Below, one piece after another: positions 53,645 through 64,000 of a stretch of DNA of 64,000 nt. The stretch lies in the NCBI RefSeq assembly GCF_009914755.1, contig NC_060933.1, one strand, 5' to 3'. The DNA is from the human T2T-CHM13v2.0 reference genome, Homo sapiens. Each line of letters starts with the position of its first letter. Position 1 is the stretch's first letter. The notes under the pieces are model-generated. The model saw nothing but the letters and a program-made list of their open reading frames with translations, had not been told where the DNA came from and searched no databases. The position numbers were made by a program, and so were the translations under genes.

Positions 53645-56600
53645 TTCCAATCGAGTTGATTCCATTCCATTCCTTTCCATTCCATTCCACTCCATTCCAG
53701 TCCTTTCCATTCCATTCCACTCGGGTTGATTCCATTCTATTCCTTTCCATTCCATTCCATTCCATTGCAATCGAGTTGATTCCATTGCTTTGCATTCCAT
53801 TCCATTCCATTCCATTCCGGATGATTCCATTCCATTGCATTCCATTCCATTCCATTCCCCTGCACTCGGGTTGATTCCATTCCATTCCACTCCATTCTGT
53901 TCCATTCCATTCCGTTCCATTGTATTCGGGTTAATTCCATTCCATTCCATTCCATTCCATTCCATTACTCGAGTTGATTCCATTCCATTCCATTCCATTC
54001 CATTCCATTCCATTCCAGTCCTTTCCATTCCATTCCACTCGGGTTGATTCCATTCTATTAGTTTCCATTCCATTCCATTCCCTTCCATTCCACTCTGGTT
54101 GATTCCATTCTTTTCCATTCCACTCGAATACATTCCCTCCTATTCCACTCGGAACGATTCCATTCCATTCCATTCCATTCCATTCCATTCGATTCCAGTT
54201 CGTTCCATTCCATTCTATTCTGTACCATTCCATTCCATTCCATTCCTTTCCATTCCATTCCTTTCCACTCGTGTTGATTCCATTCCTTTCCATTCCATTC
54301 GGTTTGAAGGCATTCCATTCCATTCAATTCCACTCCATTCCATTCAATTCCATTCCATTCTATTCCATTCCATTGCAATCGAGTTGAATCCATTGCCTTT
54401 CATTCCATTCCATTCCATTCCATTCCATTCCGGAAGATTCCATTCCATTACATTCCATTCCATTCCATTCCCCTGCACTCGCGTTGATTAAATTCTATTC
54501 CATTCCATTCCATTCCGTTCCGTTCAATTCCATTCCATTCCATTCCATTCCGTTCCGTTCCATTCCATTGCATTCCATTCTATTCGGGTTAATTCCATTC
54601 CATTCCATTCGATTGCCATCGAGTTGATTCCATTCCATTCCATTCCATTCCATTCCATTCCTTTCCATTCCATTACGGATGACTCCATTCCATTGCTTTC
54701 CATTCCTTTCCATTCCCCTTTACTCGGGTTGATTCCATTCCATTCCATTCCACTCCATTCGGTTCCGTTGCATTCCATTCTATTGCATTCCATTCTATTC
54801 GGGTTAATTCCTTTCCATTTTATTCCATTCCATTCCATTCCATTCCATTGCAATGGAGTTTATTCCATTCCATTCCATTCCATTCCGGATGATTCCATTC
54901 CATTGCATTCCATTCCATTCCATTCCCCTGCTCTCGTGTTGATTCCATTCCCTTCCATTCCATTCCATTCCGTTCCATTCCATTCCATTCCATTCTATTC
55001 CGGTTAATTCCATTCCATTCCATTCCATTCCATTCCATTCCATTCCATTCCATTCCATTCCATTCCATTGCAATCGAGTTGATTCCATTCCATTCCTTTC
55101 CATTCCATTCCATTGCCTTGCATTCCACTCGGGTTGATTCCATTCCCTTCTTTCCACTCCATTACATTCCCTTCCATTCCACTCGGAATGATTGATTCCA
55201 TTCCATTCCATTCCATTCCACTCCATTCCATTGCACTCGGGTTGATTCCATTCCATTCCATTCAATTCCATTCCATTCCGGATGATTCCATTGCATTGCA
55301 TTCCGTTCCATTACATTCCCCTGCACTCGGGTTGATACCATTCCATTCCATTCCATTCAATTCCATTCCATTCGATTCCATTCCGGATGATTCCATTCCA
55401 TTGCATTCCATTCCATTCCATTCCCCTGCACTCGGGTTGATTACATTCCATTTCCTTCCCTTCCATTCCTTTCCATTCCATTCCATTCCATTCTATTCGG
55501 GTGAATTCCATTCCATTCCATTCCATTCCATTCCATTCCATTCTATTCCATTCCATTCCATTCCATTGCAATCGAGTTGATTCCATTTGATTCCATTCCA
55601 TTCCGTTCCGGATGATTCCATTCCATTCCATTCTATTCCATTCCATTCCCGTGCAGTCGGGTTGATTCCATTCCATTCCATTCTATTCCATTCTATTCCA
55701 TTCCATTCCGTTCCATTCCATTCCATTCCATTCTATTCGGGTTAATTGCATTCCATTCCATTCCATTCCATTCCATTCCATTCCAATCGAGTTGATTCCA
55801 TTCCATTCCATTCCATTCCATTCCACTCCATTCCAGTCCTTTCCATTCCATTACACTCGGGTTGATTCCATTCTATTCCTTTCTATTCCATTCCATTCCA
55901 TTGCAATCGAGTTGATTCCATTGCTTTGCATTCCATTCCATTCCATTCCATTCCGGATGATTCCATTCCACTGCATTCCATTCCATTCCATTCCCCTGCA
56001 CTCGGGTTGATTCCATTCCATTCCACTCCATTCCATTCCATTCCATTCCATTCCATTTTATTCGGGTTAATTCCATTCCATTCCATTCCATTCCATTCCA
56101 TTCCATTCCATTCCATTACAATCGAGTTGTTTCCATTCCATTCCATTCCATTCCATTCCATTCCATTCCATTCCATTCCATTGCAATCGAGTTGATTCCA
56201 TTCCATTTCATTCCATTCCATTCTATTACATTCCATTCCAATCGAGTTGATTCCATTCGATTTCATTGCATTCCATTCCATTCCATTCCATTCCAGTCCT
56301 TTCCATTCCATTCCACTCGGGTTGATTCCATTCTATTAGTTTCCATTCCATTCCATTCTCTTCCATTCCACTCTGGGTGATTCCATTCCTTTCCATTCCA
56401 CTCGAATACATTCCCTCCTATTCTACTCGGAACGATTCCATTCCATTCCATTCCATTCCATTCCATTCCATTCCATTCCATTCCATTCCATTCCATTTCG
56501 TTCCATTCCATTCTGTTCCGTATCATTCCATTCCATTCCATTCCATTCCCTTCCATTCCATTCCATTACATTCCACTCGTGTTGATTCCATTCCTTTCCA

Positions 56601-59600
56601 TTCCATTCGGTTTGAAGGCATTCCATTCCATTCCATTCCATTCGATTCCATTCCATTGTACTCGGGTTGATTCTATTCCATTGCATTCCATTCCATTCCA
56701 ATCCGTTGCATTCCATTCCATTACATTCGGATTGATTCTATTCAACTCCCTTACTCTCCATTACATTCCATTCCATTCGGGTTGTTCCATTCCATTCCAT
56801 TCCATTCCACTCCATTCCATTGCACTCGGGTTGATTCCATTCCATTCCATTCCATTCCATTCCATTCCGGATGATTCCGTTCCATTGCATTCCGTTCCAT
56901 TACATTCCCCTGCACTCGCGTTGATTCCACTCCATTCCATTCCATTCCATTCCATTCAATTCCATTCCATTACAATTCGTTCCATTCCATTCTATTCCGT
57001 ACCATTCCATTCCATTCCATACCATTCCATTCCATTCCATTCCATTCCATTCCGTTCCGTTCCATTCCGTTCCATTCCATTCCATTCCATTCCATTCCAT
57101 TGCAATCGAGTTGAATCCATTGCATTTCATTCCATTCCATTCCATTCCATTCCATTCCGGAAGATTCCATTCCATTGCATTCCATTCCATTCCATTCCCC
57201 TGCACTCGCGTTGATTCCATTCCATTCCATTCCATTCCATTGCATTCCGTTCCGTTCCGTTCCATTTCATTCCATTCCATTGCATTCCATTCCGTTCCCT
57301 TCCATTCCATTCCATTCCATTCTATTCGGGTTAATTCCATTCCATTCCATTCGATTGCAATCGAGTTGATTCCATTCCATTCCATTCTATTCCGTTCCGG
57401 ATGATTCCATTCTATTGCATTCCATTCCATTCCATTCCCCTGCAGTCGGGTTGATTCCATTCCATTCCATTCCATTCCATTCCGTTCCATTCCATTCCAT
57501 TCCATTCTATTCGTGTTAATTCCATTCCATTCCTTTCCATTCCATTCCATTCCATTCCAATCGAGTTGATTCCATTCCATTCCATTCCATTCCATTCCAC
57601 TCCATTCCAGTCCTTTCCATTCCATTACACTCGGGTTGATTCCGTTCTATTCCTTTCCATTCCATTCCATTCCATTGCAATCGAGTTGATTCCATTGCTT
57701 TGCATTCCATTCCATTCCATTCCATTCCGGATGATTCCATTCCATTGCATTCCATTCCATTCCATTCCCCTGCACTCGGGTTGATTGCATTCCATTCCAC
57801 TCCATTCCGTTCCATTCTAGTCCATTCCATTGTATTCGGGTTAATTCCATTCCATTCCATTCCATTCCATTCCCTTACAATGTAGTTGATTCCATTCAAT
57901 TCCATTCCATTCCATTCCATTCCAGTCCTTTCCATTCCATTCCACTCGTGTTGATTCCATTCTATTAGTTTCCATTCCATTCCATTCCCTTCCATTCCAA
58001 TCTGGTTGATTCCATTCCTTTCCATTCCACTCGAATACATTCCCTCCTATTCCACTCAGAACTATTCCATTCCATTCCATTCCATTCCATTCCATTCCAT
58101 TCCATTCCAGTTCGTTCCATTCCATTCTATTCCGTACCATTCTATTCCATTCCATTCCTTTCCATTCCATTCCATTCCACTCGTGGTGATTCCATTCCTT
58201 TCCATTCCATTCGGTTTGAAGGCATTCCATTCCATTCAATTCCATTCCATTCCATTCCATTCCATTCCATTCCATTCCATTGTACTCGAGTTGATTCCAT
58301 TCCATTGCATTCAATTCCATTCCATTCCATTCCATTGTACTCGAGTTGATTCCATTCCATTGCATTCCATTCCATTCCATTCCATTTCATTCCGTTGCAT
58401 TCCATTCCTTTACATTCGGATTGATTCTATTCAACTCCCTTACTCTCCATTACATTACATTCCATTCGGGTTGTTCCATTCCATTCCATTCCATTCCACT
58501 CCATTCCATTGCACTCGGGTTGATTCCATTCCATTCCATTCCATTCCATTCCATTGCGGATGATTCTATTCCATTGCATTCCGTTCCATTACATTCCCCT
58601 GCACTCGCGTTGATTCCATTCCATTGCATTCCATTCCATTCCATTCAATTCCATTCCATTGCAATTCGTTCCACTGCATTCTATTCCGTACCATTCCATT
58701 CCATTCCATACCATTCCATTCCATTCCATTCCATTCCGTTCCGTTCTGTTCCTTTCCATTCCATTCCATTCTATTCGGATTAATTCCATTCCATTCCATT
58801 CCATTCCATTCTATTCCATTCCATTGCAATCGAGTTGAATCCATTGCATTTCATTCCATTCCATTCCATTCCATTCCATTCCATTCCGGAAGATTCCATT
58901 CCATTGCATTCCATTCCATTCCATTCCCCTGTACTCGCGTTGATTCCATTCCATTCCATTCCATTCCATTCCATTCCGTTCCGTTCAATTCCATTCCATT
59001 CCATTCCATTCCATTCCATTCCATTCCATTCCATTCCGTTCCGTTCCATTCCATTCCATTCCATTCTATTCGGGTTAATTCCATTCCATTCCATTCGATT
59101 GCAATCGAGTTGATTCCATTCCATTCCATTCCATTCCAGTCCTTTCCATTCCATTCCACTCGGGTTGATTCCATTCTATTAGTTTCCATTCCGTTCCATT
59201 CCCTTCCATTCCACTCTGGTTGATTCCATTCCTTTCCATTACACTCGAATACTTTCCCTCCTATTCCACTCGGAACCATTCCATTCCATTCCATTCCATT
59301 CCATTCCATTCCATTCCATTCCATTTCGTTCCATTCCATTCTATTCCGTATCATTCCATTCCTTTCCATTCCATTCCATTCCATTCCATTCCATTGTACT
59401 CCGGTTGATTCCATTCCATTGCATTCCATTCCATTCCATTCCATTCCATTCCGTTGCATTCCATTCCATTACATTCGGATTGATTCTATTCAACTCCCTT
59501 ACTCTCCATTACATTCCATTCCATTCGGGTTGTTCCCTTCCATTGCATTCCATTACACTCCATTCCATTGCACTCGGGTTGATTCCATTCCATTCCATTC

Positions 59601-62600
59601 CATTCCATTCCATTCCGGATGATTCCATTCCATTGCATTCCGTTCCATTACATTCCCCTGCACTCGCGTTGATTCCATTCCTTTCCATTCCATTCCATTC
59701 AATTTCATTCCATTACAATTCGTTCCATTCCATTCTATGCCGTACCATTCCATTCCATTCCATTCCAATCGAGTTGATTCCATTCCATTCCATTCCATTC
59801 CATTCCACTCCATTCCAGTCCTTTCCATTCCATTCCACTCGGGTTGATTCCAATGTATTCCTTTCCATTCCATTCCATTCCATTGCATTCCGTTCCATTA
59901 CATTCCCCTTCACTCACGTTGATTCCATTCCATTCCATTCCATTCCATTCAATTCCATTCCATTACAATTCGTTCCATTCCATTCTATTCCGTACCATTC
60001 CTTTCCATTCCATTCCAATCGAGTTGATTCCATTCCATTCCATTCCATTCCATTCCACTCCATTCCAGTCCTTTCCATTCCATTCCACTCAGGGTGATTC
60101 CAATGTATTCCTTTCCATTCCATTCCATTCCATTGCAATCGAGTTGATTCCATTGCTTTGCATTCCATTCCATTCCATTCCATTCCGGATGATTCCATTC
60201 CATTGCATTCCATTCCATTCCATTCCCCTGCACTCGGGTTGATTCCATTCCATTCCACTCCATTCCGTACCATTCCATTCCATTCCATTCCATTGTATTC
60301 GGGTTAATTCCATTCCATTCCATTCCATTCCATTCCATTGCAATCGTGTTGATTCCATTCCATTTCATTCCATTCCATTCCATTCCATTCCATTCCAATC
60401 GAGTTGATTCCATTCCATTTCATTCCATTTCATTCCATTCCATTCCATTCCAGTCCTTTCCATTCCATTCCACTGGGGTTGATTCCATTCTATTAGTTTC
60501 CATTCCATTCCATTCTCTTCCATTCCACTCTGGGTGATTCCATTCCTTTCCATTCCACTCGAATACATTCCCTCCTATTCTACTCGGAAAGATTCCATTC
60601 CATTCCATTCCATTCCATTCCATTCCATTCCATTCCATTCCATTACATTCCACTCGTGTTGATTCCATTCCTTTCCATTCCATTCGGTTTGAAGGCATTC
60701 CATTCCATTCCATTCCATTCCATTCCATTCCATTCCATTCCATTGTACTCGGGTTGATTCTATTCCATTGCATTCCATTCCATTCCAATCCGTTGCATTC
60801 CATTCCATTACATTCGGATTGATTCTATTCAACTCCCTTACTCTCCATTACATTCCATTCCATTCGTGTTGTTCCATTCCATTCCATTCCATTCCACTCC
60901 ATTCCATTGCACTCGGGTTGATTCCATTCTATTCCATTCCATTCCATTCCATTCCGGATGATTCCGTTCCATTGCATTCCGTTCCATTACATTCCCCTCC
61001 ACTCGCGTTGATTCCATTTCATTCCATTCCATTCCATTCCATTCAATTCCATTCCATTACAATTCGTTCCATTCCATTCTATTCCGTACCATTCCATTCC
61101 ATTCCATACCATTCCATTCCATTCCATTCCATTCCATTCCGTTCCGTTCCATTCCGTTCCATTCCATTCCATTCCATTCCATTCCATTGCAATCGAGTTG
61201 AATCCATTGTATTTCATTCCATTCCATTCCATTCCACTCCATTCAGGAAGATTCCATTCCATTGCATTCCATTCCATTCCATTCCCCTGCACTCGCGTTG
61301 ATTCCATTCCATTCCATTGCATTCCGTTCCGTTCCGTTCCATTTCATTCCATTCCATTCCATTCCATTCCGTTCCGTTCCATTCCATTCCATTCCATTCT
61401 ATTCGGGTTAATTCCATTCCATTCCATTCGATTGCAATCGAGTTGATTCCATTCCATTCCATTCCATTCCGTTCCGGATGATTCCATTCTATTGCATTCC
61501 ATTCCATTCCATTCCCCTGCAGTCGGGTTGATTCCATTCCATTCCATTGCATTCCATTCCGTTCCATTCCATTCCATTCCATTCTATTCGGGTAAATTCC
61601 ATTCCATTCCTTTCCATTCCATTCCATTCCATTCCAATCGAGTTGATTCCATTCCATTCCATTCCATTCCATTCCACTCCATTCCAGTCCTTTCCATTCC
61701 ATTACACTCGGGTTGATTCCGTTCTATTCCTTTCCATTCCATTCCATTCCATTGCAATCGAGTTGATTCCATTGCTTTGCATTCCATTCCATTCCATTCC
61801 ATTACGGATGATTCCATTCCATTGCATTCCATTCCATTCCATTCCCCTGCACTCGGGTTGATTCCATTCCATTCCACTCCATTCCGTTCCATTCTAGTCC
61901 ATTCCATTGTATTCGGGTTAATTCCATTCCATTCCATTCCATTCCATTCCATTCCATTACAATGTAGTTGATTCCATTCAATTCCATTCCATTCCATTCC
62001 ATTCCATTCCTTTCCATTCCATTCCACTCGGGTTGATTCCATTCTATTAGTTTCCATTCCATTCCATTCCCTTCCATTCCAATCTGGTTGATTCCATTCC
62101 TTTCCATTCCACTCGAATACATTCCCTCCTATTCCACTCAGAACGATTCCATTCCATTCCATTCTATTCCATTCCATTCCATTCCATTCCATTCCAGTTC
62201 GTTCCATTCCATTCTATTCCGTACCATTCTATTCCATTCCATTCCTTTCCATTCCATTCCATTCCACTCGTGGTGATTCCATTCCTTTCCATTCCATTCG
62301 GTTTGAAGGCATTCCATTCCATTCAATTCCATTCCATTTCATTCCATTCCATTCCATTCCATTCCATTCCATTCCATTGTACTCGAGTTGATTCCATTCC
62401 ATTGCATTCGATTCCATTCCATTCCATTCCATTCCGTTGCATTCCATTCCATTACATTCGGATTGATTCTATTCAACTCCCTTACTCTCCATTACATTCC
62501 ATTCCATTCAGGTTGTTCCATTCCATTCCATTCCATTCCACTCCATTCCATTGCACTCGGGTTGATTCCATTCCATTCCATTCCATTCCATTCCATTCCG

Positions 62601-62965
62601 GATGATTCCATTCCATTGCATTCCGTTCCATTACATTCCCCTGCACTCGCGTTGATTCCATTCCATTCCATTCCATTCCATTCCATTCCATTCAATTCCA
62701 TTCCATTGCAATTCGTTCCATTCCATTCTATTCCGTACCATTCCATTCCATTCCATACCATTCCATTCCATTCCATTCCATTCCGTTCCGTTCTGTTCCT
62801 TTCCATTCCATTCCATTCTATTCGGATTAATTCCATTCCATTCCATTCCATTCCATTCCATTCTATTCCATTCCATTGCAATCGAGTTGTATCCATGGCA
62901 TTTCATTCCATTCCATTCCATTCCATTCCATTCCATTCCATTCCATTCCATTCCGGAAGATTCCA
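53645..62965 (+). repeat. ~9.3-kb satellite block, copy 2 (paralogue of 7340-16375, offset ~46.0-46.6 kb)
   Basis: Same ordered landmark variants as 7340-16375. Near-identical translations, e.g. ORFs 7486 vs 53790 and 13183 vs 59553. Confidence 0.92.
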
Positions 62966-63689
62966 TTCCATTCCATTCCATTCCACTCGTGTTGATTCCA
63001 TTCCTTTCCATTCCATTCGGTTTGAAGGCATTCCATTCCATTCCATTCCATTCCATTCCATTCCATTCCATTCCATTGTACTCGGGTTGATTCCATTCCA
63101 TTGCATTCCATCCCATTCCATTCCATTCCAATCCGTTGCATTCCATTCCATTACATTCGGATTGATTCTATTCAACTCCCTTACTCTCCATTACATTCCA
63201 TTCCATTCGGGTTGTTCCATACCATTCCATTCCACTCCATTCCATTGCACTCGGGTTGATTCCATTCCTTTCCATTCCATTCCATTCCATTCCGGATGTT
63301 TCCATTCCATTGCATTCCGTTCCATTACATTCCCCTGCACTCGCGTTGATTCCATTCCATTCCATTCCATTCCATTCCATTCCATTCCATTGCATTACAA
63401 TTCGTTCCATTCCATTCTATTCCGTACCATTCCATTCCATTCCATACCATTCCATTCCATTCCATTCCATTCTATTCCATTTCGTTCCATTCCGTTCCAT
63501 TCCATTCCATTCCATTCTATTCGGGTTAATTCCATTCCATTCCATTCCATTCCATTGCATTCCATTCCATTCCAATCTATTCCATTCCATTGCAATCGAG
63601 TTGAATCCATTGCATTTCATTCCATTCCATTCCATTCAATTCCATTGCAATCGAGTTGAATCTATTGCATTTCATTCCATTCCATTCCA

Positions 63690-64000
63690 TTCCATTCCAT
63701 TCCGGAAGATTCCATTCCATTGCATTCCATTACATTCCATTCCCCTGCACTCGCGTTGATTCCATTCCATTCCATTCCATTCCATTGCATTCCATTGCAT
63801 TCCATTCCCCTGCACTCAGGTTGATTCCATTCCATTCCATTCCATTCCATTCCATTCCATTCCATTCTATTCGCGTTAATTCCATTCCACTCCATTCCAT
63901 TACATTCCATTGCAATCGACTTGATTCCATTCCATTCCATTCCATTCCATTCAAGTCCTTTCCATTCCATTCCACTCGTGTTGATTCCATTTTATTAGTT
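63690..64000 (+). repeat. Partial fourth copy of unit B internal segment (matches ~31730-32045), runs off the window
   Basis: Ordered CTGCACTCAGG, CTATTCGCGTTAA, AATCGACTTG, TCAAGTCCTTT, TTTTATTAG, as in B copies 1-3. Confidence 0.85.

Larger units (their letters stand above)
1..64000 (+). repeat. Human/great-ape Satellite 3 (HSat3, SatIII) array, C-rich (CATTC)n strand on +
   Basis: Continuous ATTCC/CATTC pentamer from base 1 to 64000, interspersed with the classical Satellite 3 decamer A(C/T)TCGGGTTG and variants (AATCGAGTTG, ATTCGGGTTA, ACTCGCGTTG, ACTCGTGTTG). Long pure CATTC runs and the absence of a dominant CATTCGATTC/GATGAT 23-26 bp unit argue for HSat3 rather than HSat2. No strand switch was seen. 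Confidence 0.98.

Noticed and set aside
1-64000. Hundreds of ORFs (up to 454 aa) on both strands
   Set aside because: A 5-bp repeat without stop codons translates to (IPFHS)n or (MEWNG)n in all frames. The ORFs overlap in every frame, have no domains, and their frames change between near-identical copies with pentamer count.
1-64000. CRISPR-like repeat/spacer alternation
   Set aside because: The 'spacers' are a small reused set of ~10-bp words, the 'repeats' are variable-length pentamer runs, and there are no unique spacers, leader or cas genes.
1-64000. Embedded transposons (Alu/L1), inversions, rDNA/tRNA, telomeric or alpha-satellite sequence
   Set aside because: No non-satellite stretch, poly-A tail, (GGAAT)n tract on the + strand, TTAGGG array or 171-bp monomer was seen. 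Isolated TTAGGG (e.g. ~4927) are point variants of TTCGGG.

Overview
The whole 64 kb window is primate (most likely human) Satellite 3 (HSat3/SatIII) DNA. It is (CATTC)n on the + strand and (GAATG)n on the - strand, in one orientation throughout. The pentamer runs are punctuated roughly every 40-60 bp by the classical decamer A(C/T)TCGGGTTG and its variants. I see no genes, RNA genes, transposons or CRISPR arrays. All ORFs in the track are (IPFHS)n or (MEWNG)n translation by-products of a stop-free pentamer. I found no novel protein-coding system. The interesting content is in the repeat architecture: (i) four near-identical 3.26-kb tandem units at ~15.7-28.8 kb, arranged as two copies of a 6.5-kb dimer; (ii) a ~9-kb block duplicated ~46.3 kb away, with reciprocal indels; (iii) three copies of a ~3.7-kb unit, plus a 1.7-kb tandem pair and chimeric blocks; (iv) about 35 perfect three-unit heat-shock elements (nTTCnnGAAnnTTCn) created by one inverted pentamer; (v) a recurrent 14-bp palindrome; (vi) pentamer register shifts that all go in one direction. 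Block boundaries were placed by eye from landmark variants and are approximate (about +/-50 bp).
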